DNA from: Synergistales bacterium
GTDB lineage: Bacteria; Synergistota; Synergistia; Synergistales; JAFGMB01
NCBI GenBank assembly: GCA_963666205.1
Contig: OY762654.1
Span: 1,792,001-1,856,000 of the forward strand
Direction of reading: 5' to 3'
Length of the DNA: 64,000 nt
The position numbers were made by a program, and so were the translations under genes. This document shows, piece after piece, positions 48,587-58,170 of this stretch. The notes below the pieces were generated by a model, which was given only the letters and a program-made list of their open reading frames with translations, ran no database searches and was not told the DNA's origin. How positions within the stretch are numbered: the stretch's first letter is position 1; each line of letters starts with the position of its first letter.

Positions 48587-49774
48587 TCAGATCCGTGCTG
48601 TACCAGTTTTTCTTGCGGCTTCCGCAACAGCTCTGGCAACGGCAGGGACAACCCTTTCGTCAAGGGCTCCCGGAATAATATATTCGGCATTGAGTTCTTC
48701 ATCAGAGACGAGTTCGGCAAGGGCCTTTGATGCAGCAAGTTTCATTTCCTCGTTTATATCAGAAGCTCTGACATCGAGGGTTCCCCTGAAAATACCCGGG
48801 AATCCGAGGCAGTTGTTGATCTGATTGGGGAAATCGCTTCTTCCGGTCGCAATAACCGCAGCTCCGGCTTCCTTTGCATCTTCAGGGAAAATCTCTGGTG
48901 TGGGATTAGCCATGGCGAAGATAATCGGTTTTTCTGCCATTTCTTTGACCATTTCTGTTGTCAGAAGACCGGGGGCAGAAATTCCGAGGAACACATCCGC
49001 TCCCTTCAGAACATCGGCAAGAGAACCTTTAAGCCTGTGGGGGTTCGTTTCCCGGGCGATTTCTTCCTTTGCCCAGTTCATGTTCTCTTCTCTTCCATCG
49101 TAAAGGGCTCCGGCCCTGTCACAGAGAACGACATCCTTCGCACCGGCGGACATGAGGAATTTACAGATGGCAGTACCGGCAGCTCCAGCCCCGCTCATTA
49201 TGATCCTGCAGTCCTCGATCTTCTTGCCAACTATTTTCAGAGCATTCCACAAGCCTGCCAGGACGATAACCGCTGTGCCATGCTGGTCATCATGAAAAAC
49301 AGGAATATTGGAAATTTCCTTGAGTTTCCTCTCTATCTCGAAACATCTTGGTGCTGCAATATCCTCCAGGTTTATTCCGCCGAAGGAAGAAGTAATAAGG
49401 CTGGAGATCTCCACGATCTTGTCTGGTTCCTGTGAGTCAATACATATCGGGAAGGCATCTATTCCTGCAAAACGCTTGAATAGGACGCACTTGCCCTCCA
49501 TTACAGGCAGAGAGGCGTCTGCTCCTATATTGCCCAGTCCCAGGACTGCGCTTCCATCGCTTATTACTGCCACCATGTTGGCCTTTGATGTAACTTCGTA
49601 AACTGCTTCAGGCCGGTTATGTATCTCCCGGCATGGCTCTGCCACTCCCGGAGTGTAGGCTATTGAAAGATCGTGCATGGTTTCAACGGACATTCTGGAT
49701 TCAACTGAAAGTTTACCCTTACTTTTCACATGAGCTTCAAGAGCTTCCTTGAAGATGGCTTCTTTTTTAGCCAA
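48587..49774 (-). CDS. NAD(P)-dependent malic enzyme
   Basis: AYTPGVAEPC, PVMEGK, NLEDI, FHDDQHGTA, GAGAAG, ATGRSDFPNQINN. Confidence 0.95.
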   Translation of the reverse strand: MAKKEAIFKEALEAHVKSKGKLSVESRMSVETMHDLSIAYTPGVAEPCREIHNRPEAVYEVTSKANMVAVISDGSAVLGLGNIGADASLPVMEGKCVLFKRFAGIDAFPICIDSQEPDKIVEISSLITSSFGGINLEDIAAPRCFEIERKLKEISNIPVFHDDQHGTAVIVLAGLWNALKIVGKKIEDCRIIMSGAGAAGTAICKFLMSAGAKDVVLCDRAGALYDGREENMNWAKEEIARETNPHRLKGSLADVLKGADVFLGISAPGLLTTEMVKEMAEKPIIFAMANPTPEIFPEDAKEAGAAVIATGRSDFPNQINNCLGFPGIFRGTLDVRASDINEEMKLAASKALAELVSDEELNAEYIIPGALDERVVPAVARAVAEAARKTGTARI

Positions 49775-49797
49775 GGTATTTCATCTCCCTTATATAT

Positions 49798-51291
49798 TTA
49801 TCGAACCCTGTGCCACACGAATTTGATCACGGGTGCAAGGGCAAAAAGCGCTGCTGCGACAAGCATAACCAGGCTTATGGGTCTCTGCAGAAAGATAAGG
49901 AAAGATCCCTTCGAAAGGACCAGACTCTGGTAGAGACCTCTTTCCATCATTGAACCAAGGACCATGGCCAGGATGAGGGGTGAATGGGGCAGATCCAGTT
50001 TATTGAAAATGTAACCCACCACACCAAAGAAAAGCATAACCCAGATATTGAAAATGCTGTTTCCTACAGCAAAGGCTCCGGTAACGCAAAGAAGGGCTAT
50101 GACTCCTGACAGTACAGCTCGAGGGATTTTGAAAATAACTCCGGAAAGGAATTTCCCGAGCATAATTCCGAGGGGTCCCATTATCAGGTTAGCAACAAAA
50201 AAGCCCACAATGATCAGGTAGGCTATATCTGGAGAATTCTGGAAAAGAGAAGGTCCTGGCCTTAATCCCTGTATCATAAGGGCACCAAGGAAAAGAGCCG
50301 ATGTGGAATTGCCGGGAACACCCAGGGAGAGCAGTGGTACCATGGAACTTGCTACAACAGCATTATTGGCGGCTTCTGGAGCAGCCACACCCTCGGGAAT
50401 TCCCGTTCCGAATTTCTTGTCTTTGTTGGAACGGACAGCCTGGTCGTAGGCAAAATAGATGGCCATGATCATTCCTGCACCTGGTATGACTCCAATGATA
50501 TTGCCTATGGCTGAAGATTTGATCCAGGTGGGCATAAGCCTTTTCACCATCTGTCTGTTCGGGAGGACCCTTGTGATCTTTGGAATAGGTCCTTCTGCGG
50601 CAAGGTTTGCTCCAACGGTTTTGATGGATTCAGCCACTTCAAGGACAGAGGTAACGCCAAAAAGGCCTATAAGCATGGGGATGAAGGGTATCCCTTCAAG
50701 GAGATAGGGGTTCTCGAAGTAGAAACGGGGGTATCCCGTCTGGGGGCTCATTCCTATGGTGGAGATCAGAAGGCCGATGGCGCAGACGATAAGACTTTTT
50801 AGAACCTTGTTGCCCGACATCCCTGCTACTGTACTGAGGCCAAGAATTGCCAGGGCAAAATATTCGGGAGGGCCGAATTTAAGGGCATAACTTGCAAGAA
50901 CAGGAGCAAGGAACATTAATATGAGAGAGCTTGTCAAACCTCCGAATACAGAACTGGTGGTTGATATGCCAAGGGCCAGTCCTGCTTCACCCTTCTGAGT
51001 CATGGGATAACCATCCAGAGTCGTTACGACGGAAGAAGCGGTACCTGGTATCTTTAATAGTATGGCCGGTATCGACCCCCCGTAACAGGCGGAACAATAA
51101 ACACCTACCAGCAGAGCGAAGGCCTGCTGAGGCTCCATGGAAAAGGTTACAGGAATGAGAACGGCCAGGGTGATAGTGTCATTGAGGCCTGGCAGTGAAC
51201 CTACTATCAGGCCGAGGACCACCCCGAAGAATAGAAAAGCGAACACTGATGGATGCAAAAGATCCAGAAATGCGCCGAGGATGTGCTCCAT
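49798..51291 (-). CDS. tctA: TTT large membrane subunit TctA
   Basis: GSLPGL, DGYPM, FGPPEYF, PEAANNA, LGVPG. Confidence 0.92.
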   Translation of the reverse strand: MEHILGAFLDLLHPSVFAFLFFGVVLGLIVGSLPGLNDTITLAVLIPVTFSMEPQQAFALLVGVYCSACYGGSIPAILLKIPGTASSVVTTLDGYPMTQKGEAGLALGISTTSSVFGGLTSSLILMFLAPVLASYALKFGPPEYFALAILGLSTVAGMSGNKVLKSLIVCAIGLLISTIGMSPQTGYPRFYFENPYLLEGIPFIPMLIGLFGVTSVLEVAESIKTVGANLAAEGPIPKITRVLPNRQMVKRLMPTWIKSSAIGNIIGVIPGAGMIMAIYFAYDQAVRSNKDKKFGTGIPEGVAAPEAANNAVVASSMVPLLSLGVPGNSTSALFLGALMIQGLRPGPSLFQNSPDIAYLIIVGFFVANLIMGPLGIMLGKFLSGVIFKIPRAVLSGVIALLCVTGAFAVGNSIFNIWVMLFFGVVGYIFNKLDLPHSPLILAMVLGSMMERGLYQSLVLSKGSFLIFLQRPISLVMLVAAALFALAPVIKFVWHRVR

Positions 51292-51389
51292 TTATAAATC
51301 CTCCTAGAGATCAGAATTAATTCGTAAAATCTTTTTCCCGAATATGGAGAAAAAGTAATTCTCTCGATTATTAAAGGTTTGCTTAAGAG

Positions 51390-51836
51390 CTAACCTTCCA
51401 GGAACAGACCTGGAGGCAAAGGAACCCCCAGCACTATTTTGAATGCAACATAAACTGCCAGTACACATCCTGCTGTGGTAAGAACCAGCGCCACTTTTTT
51501 TGAAAAACCGAGAAAGGATATAAGGAATAAAAGAAGTAAGAAAGACGAAACAAGATATCCTGCATATTTTAATGCAATGGTGTATACTCCTATCCCTGCC
51601 ACCACAATAAATACACCCTTCATTGAGGAAAAATCAGTTTCCTTTTCAGCATCTGTAACTCTCGTTACTACTATCGATTTGATAAGCAGAGCAAGAGAAA
51701 GCCCCCCAAGAACCAAAGCAAGTCTTGTGGGGAAATGTGACGCTATATCTGGATATTCCTTGGAAACAATAAATGTAGAAAGACTTATAACCAGTAACGT
51801 TACTGCTAAAATAGAATCTTTCAGCCAGTTTTTCAT
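51390..51836 (-). CDS. tctB: TTT small membrane subunit TctB
   Basis: Hydrophobic, FP and GY motifs, C-terminal LGVPLPPG. Confidence 0.85.
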   Translation of the reverse strand: MKNWLKDSILAVTLLVISLSTFIVSKEYPDIASHFPTRLALVLGGLSLALLIKSIVVTRVTDAEKETDFSSMKGVFIVVAGIGVYTIALKYAGYLVSSFLLLLFLISFLGFSKKVALVLTTAGCVLAVYVAFKIVLGVPLPPGLFLEG

Positions 51837-51920
51837 CTCTAAACCCCCGAAAAATCAAAAGATCACAAAAAAGAGAAGTGGACCCTGAATTTTCAAGGTC
51901 CACAATATTAAATACTGGAA

Positions 51921-52874
51921 CTAGTTCTTATTCAGAGTTGGGATTACTTTCTGCAGGTCTTCGGCTACAATCTCTACGTATGCAGCGAAATCAGCACCAT
52001 TACGGTAAACGACGGGGAATCCTGCCTTTTCCATACTGGCTGCATAGTCAGGGTCAGCTATTATGTCCTTGAATATTTTATCAAGGGCCTGAACTGTTTC
52101 ATCGGGGGTGTCGCCAGGAACGGCAAGACCTCTGAAGGCGCCCCATTCAAGATCAAAACCAGCTTCCTTGAAAGTGGGGACTTCTGGTACATTGGGATCT
52201 CTTTCAGCAACTGCAACTGCGAGTGCCCTTAGAGTACCATCTTTCACATAACTTGTAGCTTCTCCCATTGCCATCATACCCGCATCCACATGTCCGCCAA
52301 GGAGCTGCTGAAGCTGCATGGCGGCACTCTCGTTGTGGACATAGCCGAATTTGACTCCAAGTTTGGATTCCATAATAAGAGATGCAATGTGATGGGAGGT
52401 GGAATATCCTGGAGTAGCTACACTGAGTTCCTTTTCTTTTGCCGCATTGATCAGATCCTCCAGAGTTTTGTAGGGGGAATCGGCCGGAACCATAAGGATC
52501 TCGGGGTCGAAACAGTACATGGCTATGGTCTTGAAGGACTTATGGGTATAGGTTGTTTTTTTGGTCATAGGATTGGAAACAACGGAAGAAGTATACGCAA
52601 GGATAGTGTATCCGTCCGGTTTGGCCTTTGATACAAAAGTGTGGCCGATGACTGCTCCGCCTCCGGGCATATTCTCAACGATGATCTTCTTGTCTCCAAG
52701 ATATTTAGGAGCCACTTCTGCGAGCATCCTGCATGTTGTGTCAACTCCGCCGCCTGGTGCAAAGGGAACGATTATTTTAAGGTTCTTTTCCGGGAAAGTA
52801 CCCGCAAAAGCTCCTGCAGTACCAACTAACACCAGACACATAACCGCGATAATACCGATAACTGTTTTCCTCAT
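51921..52874 (-). CDS. tctC: TTT substrate-binding protein TctC
   Basis: Signal peptide; VPFAPGGGVD, ENMPGGG, PDGYT, PEVPT; start ATG 52874 after AGGAG. Confidence 0.92.
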   Translation of the reverse strand: MRKTVIGIIAVMCLVLVGTAGAFAGTFPEKNLKIIVPFAPGGGVDTTCRMLAEVAPKYLGDKKIIVENMPGGGAVIGHTFVSKAKPDGYTILAYTSSVVSNPMTKKTTYTHKSFKTIAMYCFDPEILMVPADSPYKTLEDLINAAKEKELSVATPGYSTSHHIASLIMESKLGVKFGYVHNESAAMQLQQLLGGHVDAGMMAMGEATSYVKDGTLRALAVAVAERDPNVPEVPTFKEAGFDLEWGAFRGLAVPGDTPDETVQALDKIFKDIIADPDYAASMEKAGFPVVYRNGADFAAYVEIVAEDLQKVIPTLNKN

Positions 52875-52947
52875 TTTTCTATCTCCTCTCGATTTTGTCT
52901 TTATTTTTTGTAACTTATTGCACATCTGAATAGAATTACAAAGGATC

Positions 52948-54246
52948 CTATTCGAACCTTTTCTTTATGAAATCAATGATGATACTGTCAACCCCGGTCA
53001 TTCCTTCCACATTGATGGAAGCAGCGTTTGCCACGGTCTTCTCTATGGTATCGTCCACCACTCCCTGGGGTCCGTTCAGGCCATTGCCTCCCATCACGAT
53101 CATGGCCGCATGGTAGGATTCAAGGGCTCCCGTCCCTACCTTCAGGGCACAGGTCTCCTTCGCTCCGTCACATACCATCCCTACAAGGTTCCCCAGTACC
53201 ATCTCCACTGCCTTCTCTGCCTTTGCTATGTCTTTACTCAGAAGATAGACGATCCCCGATGCCGCTCCTGCTCCTGCAGCTACGCTGCATCCGCATACGG
53301 GGCTGAGTCTGCCCATCCTGCTCTTTATGAAGGATGTGGTGAGGTGGCTGAAGGCTATGGCTTTCGCTATCTCTTCCCTGCTCTTGCCATAATGATCTCC
53401 TGCTACGTATACGGGAAGGATGGCGGTGATCCCGTGGTTGCCGCTTCCGGCACTGCTCATAACGGGATAGGGTGCTCCGTCCATTCGTGCGTCGGAGGCT
53501 GCCGCCGCCACTGCCTTGATCCTGCTGCTCAGGTCATCGGAGTCGTAATGCTCACCTGCCAGTTTCTTTATGGTGGATCCGAGGTTGATGCCTACGTTGT
53601 GAGTGAATCCGTATTCGGCTATGGTGAGGTTCATGTCCACTCCGTTCATGACGTAGTCCACGTCCTCTGCGTCCATGTCCTCAGCCATACTGACCAGCTC
53701 CGAGTAGTTCATCCTTTCCACCTGCTCGGGGATGGATAGGGTCTTACTGCCGTTCTTGTCCTCTGTCCCTTTTTCTGTTTCAAATATGACCCTGTCGTTG
53801 AGGGTAACCTTCGTTATATTGGTGTGGGTGCTCTCTATGACCGTCACTGCTGTGTCATTTTCACTGCTCACCCTGGATTCCACATATACTCCGTGGCGGT
53901 CAAGGTCGGGGATTATGACCACCTTCCCTGAATCCACCATGGCCTGGGACTTTTTCACAGTATCGGCATCGCAGTCCTTGAGAACTTCAAGGCCGTATTC
54001 CGACTTTCCCTGAAGGGCTGCCATGGCTGCTGCTATGTCGTTGCCCTTGAGGCCTCCTGTACCTGGAATACCTACGTACATGCCGTTCTTGTATATGCTG
54101 TCGCTTACCACTACCTCGATCTCTTTAACGGGGGCCCCTCCAAGTTCCTCTACGGCCCTCGCTACGCCCAGTGCCACCGCACCGGGCTCAGTACATCCCA
54201 ATGCAGGCTTCACTTCCGATCTCAAAAATTCCCTGATTGTAAACAA
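52948..54246 (-). CDS. cyuA: L-cysteine desulfidase family protein (CyuA/YhaM/CdsB), copy 2
   Basis: Same motifs as copy 1; TTG start after GGAGG. Confidence 0.85.
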   Translation of the reverse strand: MFTIREFLRSEVKPALGCTEPGAVALGVARAVEELGGAPVKEIEVVVSDSIYKNGMYVGIPGTGGLKGNDIAAAMAALQGKSEYGLEVLKDCDADTVKKSQAMVDSGKVVIIPDLDRHGVYVESRVSSENDTAVTVIESTHTNITKVTLNDRVIFETEKGTEDKNGSKTLSIPEQVERMNYSELVSMAEDMDAEDVDYVMNGVDMNLTIAEYGFTHNVGINLGSTIKKLAGEHYDSDDLSSRIKAVAAAASDARMDGAPYPVMSSAGSGNHGITAILPVYVAGDHYGKSREEIAKAIAFSHLTTSFIKSRMGRLSPVCGCSVAAGAGAASGIVYLLSKDIAKAEKAVEMVLGNLVGMVCDGAKETCALKVGTGALESYHAAMIVMGGNGLNGPQGVVDDTIEKTVANAASINVEGMTGVDSIIIDFIKKRFE

Positions 54247-54279
54247 GATATATACCTCCAGTATCTATTCATATGTTGA

Positions 54280-54957
54280 TCAGTTTCCGTTATTTGTTAT
54301 CTTGTTCAGGTATCTGTAGATGGAGTTCTCTGAAGTTTCAAGAAGACTTGCCACTTCGCCCAGTGCACCTCGGAGAAGGAAGACTCCCCTTGAATTAAGT
54401 TTCTCTACAATATCCATTTTTTCGTCGGGAGTCATTCTTGAAGGAGGAACAGGGGAACCATGGATAGTATCCTTGATGATGGAATGGGTCAGGTCCTCTA
54501 TGGAATTATCTTCTTCCTCGGCAAGGATGACCGGCTGTGGTTCCTGCTGAATCCTTACTCCAGGTCCGAGAACGTATTCGTCCAGAAGTTCTTTGAGTTC
54601 TGAAAATCTGGTCAGGTCCATGTTCAGGCAGAGAAGACCGATAAGATCTCCATCTTCATCTTTAATCAGGTAAGACGCAGTTTTACGCTTTCTTCCCTTC
54701 TCATCGGATACTATCCTAGATTTAATGAAATCTGCAGAAGGGTTTTCCTGTTCACGAAAAAATCTCCCCAGATTCTTTAAGGGATCTCCTATGGTTCTTC
54801 CACTGATGTGATTGTTCTCTATGGCGACTATGGATTTCTCTATATTTCTCACATCGTGGAGGACTACTTCACAGTTATAACCAAGGAAACGGGCTAGAAA
54901 TTTCACCAGGGGAACATATGCCTGAAGTTTTTTATTAATTTCCTGGTCAGTCTTCAT
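54280..54957 (-). CDS. YheO/DauR-like regulator (PAS-like plus HTH)
   Basis: CEVVLHD…SIVAI.N.HISGR..G, LCLNMD, GVFLLRGA..VA..L…SIYRYL. Confidence 0.9.
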   Translation of the reverse strand: MKTDQEINKKLQAYVPLVKFLARFLGYNCEVVLHDVRNIEKSIVAIENNHISGRTIGDPLKNLGRFFREQENPSADFIKSRIVSDEKGRKRKTASYLIKDEDGDLIGLLCLNMDLTRFSELKELLDEYVLGPGVRIQQEPQPVILAEEEDNSIEDLTHSIIKDTIHGSPVPPSRMTPDEKMDIVEKLNSRGVFLLRGALGEVASLLETSENSIYRYLNKITNNGN

Positions 54958-55185
54958 GAGCATTCCTCCAAAAATTAGAATTATTGCAAACGTAGAGATA
55001 AAAATATATTTTTATGGTAATAAGAAATTTTTATAACCTTGATAATAAACTTTTACCACAAAAAAATATTTTTACAAGGGGAAAATATTTGTATTATGTA
55101 TTCGACTATTAGAAATGGAGAAAAATCAGGTTGATCTTGTGAGAGTGCAAATCCCAACCCGGTATAGAAGGGGGTACATATTTCC

Positions 55186-55222
55186 AAAGGAGCTGTGAAG
55201 AATGATTTATCTTCACAGCTCC
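55186..55222 (-). terminator. Terminator of TRAP operon
   Basis: Perfect 13-bp IR GGAGCTGTGAAGA…TCTTCACAGCTCC with short T tail on minus strand. Confidence 0.7.
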
Positions 55223-55278
55223 AGAAAGAATGTTGGACAGATTCAGCGTTCAGGCAGTAATAGAAGGATGTTGTCCCT

Positions 55279-56562
55279 TTACTTGACCATTTCCGGGAGA
55301 TACATGATTACAGAAGGGAATATAATAGCCATAAACAGGGAGATAACAGCTATAAGAACGATTGGAAGTACTGCCCTGCTGCTTTTAGCCAGATCCACAT
55401 TTCCAACTCCCGAGGCAACGAAAAGACAGGTTCCCACGGGAGGAGTGAGGGCTCCAATACAGATATTAAGAACCAGGAGCACTCCAAAATAGATAGGATC
55501 GATCCCCGCTATTTTTATCAGGGGAAGAGCTACCGGACTTATTAGAACCAGAATAGAAACTGCGTCGATAAAGCAGCCGAGGAAAAGGATGAAAATATTC
55601 AACAGGATCAGGATGATTAGGGGATTCTTTGAAACAGACAACAGTGATCTCGTTATGGTCTGAGGTATCTGCTGACTTGTCAGAACCCAGCTTAGAAATG
55701 AAGCAACCGCTATTATGAACATTACCGAGGAAGTATTTCGAGCAGCTCGGGCAAAAACTTCAGGGATGTCTTTCCATTTCAACTCACCATAGATAAATTT
55801 ACCTACCAGAAAAGCATAGACAGCAGCAACCACAGAAGATTCGGTTGCAGTGAAAATTCCGCTCAGGATGCCGCCAAGTATTATCACTGGCATTAGAAAT
55901 GCAAGGAAGCCTTTCTGAAAAGTCCTTAGGAGCTTTTCAAAACTGAAGGATGATGTTTCCCTGGGATAATCGTGACGAAGGGCTTCGTAATATGAGTATG
56001 CCATCAGGAAGAGCCCGAAGGTTATACCTGGAATAACCCCCCCAAGAAATAGTTTGGCTACAGAAACATTTGCTATCACGGCATAAATAACCATGGGGAT
56101 ACTCGGCGGAATTATGGGGCCGATTGCCCCTCCTGCCGCAATAAGTGCTGCGGCGAAACCTTCCCTGTATCCTTTTTCCCTCATGGAAGGTATCAGAAGA
56201 GAACCCACTGCAGCAGTATCTGCGACAGCCGAACCACTCAAGCCCGCAAAAAGCATGGATAAGACAACAGCAACCTGGGCAAGACCGCCTCTCATCCGGC
56301 CAACCAGGGCAAATGAAAATTCCATGAGTCTTCTGGAAATACCTCCTGCTTCCATGAGTGTTCCCGCAAGCATAAAGAAAGGAACAGCAAGAAGGGAGAA
56401 ATGGTCTACTCCCTGGTACATAACGTGGCCAAGAAGTACGGGATTGAAAATGCCCTGTACTGATGCGATGAGAACACCTGTCAGTCCGAGGGCTATGGCA
56501 ATTGGCATCCCGAAAATTACAGTAAGAAAAAACAGGATGAAATACAGGATGATCTGGAGCAT
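55279..56562 (-). CDS. dctM: TRAP transporter large permease DctM
   Basis: LLAVPFF, SGSAVAD, GPIIPPSIP, TATES, LTPPVG. Confidence 0.93.
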   Translation of the reverse strand: MLQIILYFILFFLTVIFGMPIAIALGLTGVLIASVQGIFNPVLLGHVMYQGVDHFSLLAVPFFMLAGTLMEAGGISRRLMEFSFALVGRMRGGLAQVAVVLSMLFAGLSGSAVADTAAVGSLLIPSMREKGYREGFAAALIAAGGAIGPIIPPSIPMVIYAVIANVSVAKLFLGGVIPGITFGLFLMAYSYYEALRHDYPRETSSFSFEKLLRTFQKGFLAFLMPVIILGGILSGIFTATESSVVAAVYAFLVGKFIYGELKWKDIPEVFARAARNTSSVMFIIAVASFLSWVLTSQQIPQTITRSLLSVSKNPLIILILLNIFILFLGCFIDAVSILVLISPVALPLIKIAGIDPIYFGVLLVLNICIGALTPPVGTCLFVASGVGNVDLAKSSRAVLPIVLIAVISLFMAIIFPSVIMYLPEMVK

Positions 56563-57060
56563 TTAGGCATCCTCCGCTGTTCTAGTCCAGTTGTGAATAA
56601 GGCGTTCAATAATAACGATAATAGCAAGTATTCCTGATACAGGGATCACCATGTAGATCATGCCCATGGGTACATTTATGGAAGTGGCCATCTGCATCAT
56701 CTGTCTTTTAACCAGGGGTATGCTTCCCTTGGACAGGTAATAAAAAAACAGTATGTAGCTTGCTGAAATAAATAAAGACATGAACCTGGATCTCCAGCCT
56801 TTTAGTCTTGAAAGAAACAGATTGAAGGATGTCATTCCTGATCTGTATATCAGGGTTGGTACTCCGGCAAAAACGACCCATGTAAAGAGAAAGCGCGAAA
56901 GTTCCTCGCTCCATGGAATGGAAAAATCAAGCAGATATCGGCAGAAAACCTGGGCAAAGGTGGCTGTGGTCATGATCAGAAGAAAAAAGAAAAGCATGTA
57001 TGTGGATATCTTGTCTATTGCAAAAGCTGTCCTGGAAAGGGCTTTTTGAAAAAATTGCAT
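56563..57060 (-). CDS. dctQ: TRAP transporter small permease DctQ
   Basis: QVFCRY…WSEELSR…W; 4 TM. Confidence 0.9.
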   Translation of the reverse strand: MQFFQKALSRTAFAIDKISTYMLFFFLLIMTTATFAQVFCRYLLDFSIPWSEELSRFLFTWVVFAGVPTLIYRSGMTSFNLFLSRLKGWRSRFMSLFISASYILFFYYLSKGSIPLVKRQMMQMATSINVPMGMIYMVIPVSGILAIIVIIERLIHNWTRTAEDA

Positions 57061-57145
57061 TGATGAAGGTCCTCCCATATCAGAAAACTGACAGGGGAAA
57101 GAAAGAACTTCTTTCCCCTGTATATCTTCATTTTAGCTGTTAAGT

Positions 57146-58138
57146 TTATTTTACAGTTTTGATCCTCTCGATGTACTCTCCGGCAGTCTTGCCGTTAGCC
57201 TTGGTAAATTCATCATAAATTGAGCCCATGTATTCAGCGAACTCACTTTTATCTACTTCATTTATCTCCATGCCCTGGTTTTTGAGATTTTCCAGCAGTT
57301 TCTGTTCCTGATCCTCAACCATTTTACGGACTTCTGGTCTTACCTCCTCAAAGGCCTCGACAACGATCTTCTGGAGGTCTTCCGGAAGGCTGTTGTAGAA
57401 CTGGTCAGAGATCATTATAGTGACGGGAGAATAGATGTGGCCGGTAAGAGAAAGATACTTCTGGACCTCGTAAAGTTTGGATGCCCAGATTATGGAAAGA
57501 GGATTTTCCTGACCGTCAATAACTCCCTGCTGCAGAGAAGTGTACACATCGCCGAAGGGCATTGGGACAGGGCTTGCTCCAAGAGCAGCGATAGTATCCA
57601 TTACCGTTTTTGTTTCAGGAACGCGTATCTTCAGACCCTTGAAATCCTCCGGTTTTACAATTGCTTTTTTGGAGTTGGTAGTATTTCTATAAAGATTCAT
57701 CCAGTAACCCAGTATCCTTATACCTGTTTTTTCCCTGAACAGCTCGTTAAGTTCCTGACCGATCTCTCCGTCCACTGTGTTGTAGACATGCTGGTTATCA
57801 CGGTAAAGATAGGGAAGTTCAAGAACTCCAAGGAGGGGCATGAAGGATGCCAGTCCGCCGGGGCTCTGGGTACCTATTTCGATGGTTCCCAACTGAAGAC
57901 CTTCAGAAATTGCTCTCAGGTTTCCCAACTGTCCGCTTGGATAGGCAGTAGCCTCGATCCGACCGCCGGATTTCTCGTTCATTATTGAAGCCATTTTTTC
58001 GAAACCAACGTGAAGTGGATGTTCAGGTGCTGTTACGTTCGCGATCTTGATGACATACTTGTCAGCCGCTGAAGCAGTCAACGCGAACAGAGACAGGGCT
58101 AGAACTACTACAACTGATAATATGAAGCACTTTTTCAT
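57146..58138 (-). CDS. dctP: TRAP transporter substrate-binding protein DctP
   Basis: Signal peptide; QLG, DFKGLKIRV (conserved Arg), DVYTSLQQGVIDGQENP. Confidence 0.93.
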   Translation of the reverse strand: MKKCFILSVVVVLALSLFALTASAADKYVIKIANVTAPEHPLHVGFEKMASIMNEKSGGRIEATAYPSGQLGNLRAISEGLQLGTIEIGTQSPGGLASFMPLLGVLELPYLYRDNQHVYNTVDGEIGQELNELFREKTGIRILGYWMNLYRNTTNSKKAIVKPEDFKGLKIRVPETKTVMDTIAALGASPVPMPFGDVYTSLQQGVIDGQENPLSIIWASKLYEVQKYLSLTGHIYSPVTIMISDQFYNSLPEDLQKIVVEAFEEVRPEVRKMVEDQEQKLLENLKNQGMEINEVDKSEFAEYMGSIYDEFTKANGKTAGEYIERIKTVK

Positions 58139-58170
58139 GAAAAACACCCCTTTGGAAAATATTGTTTTCT

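Noticed and set aside
12619-54246. Composite transposon bounded by the 1.3 kb inverted repeats
   Set aside because: The repeats are a metabolic ORF; no transposase, terminal IRs or target duplication seen.
54964-55100. Repeated AAAATATTT elements as the YheO operator
   Set aside because: Similar strings occur in many AT-rich intergenic regions of the window, so they cannot be separated from background by eye.
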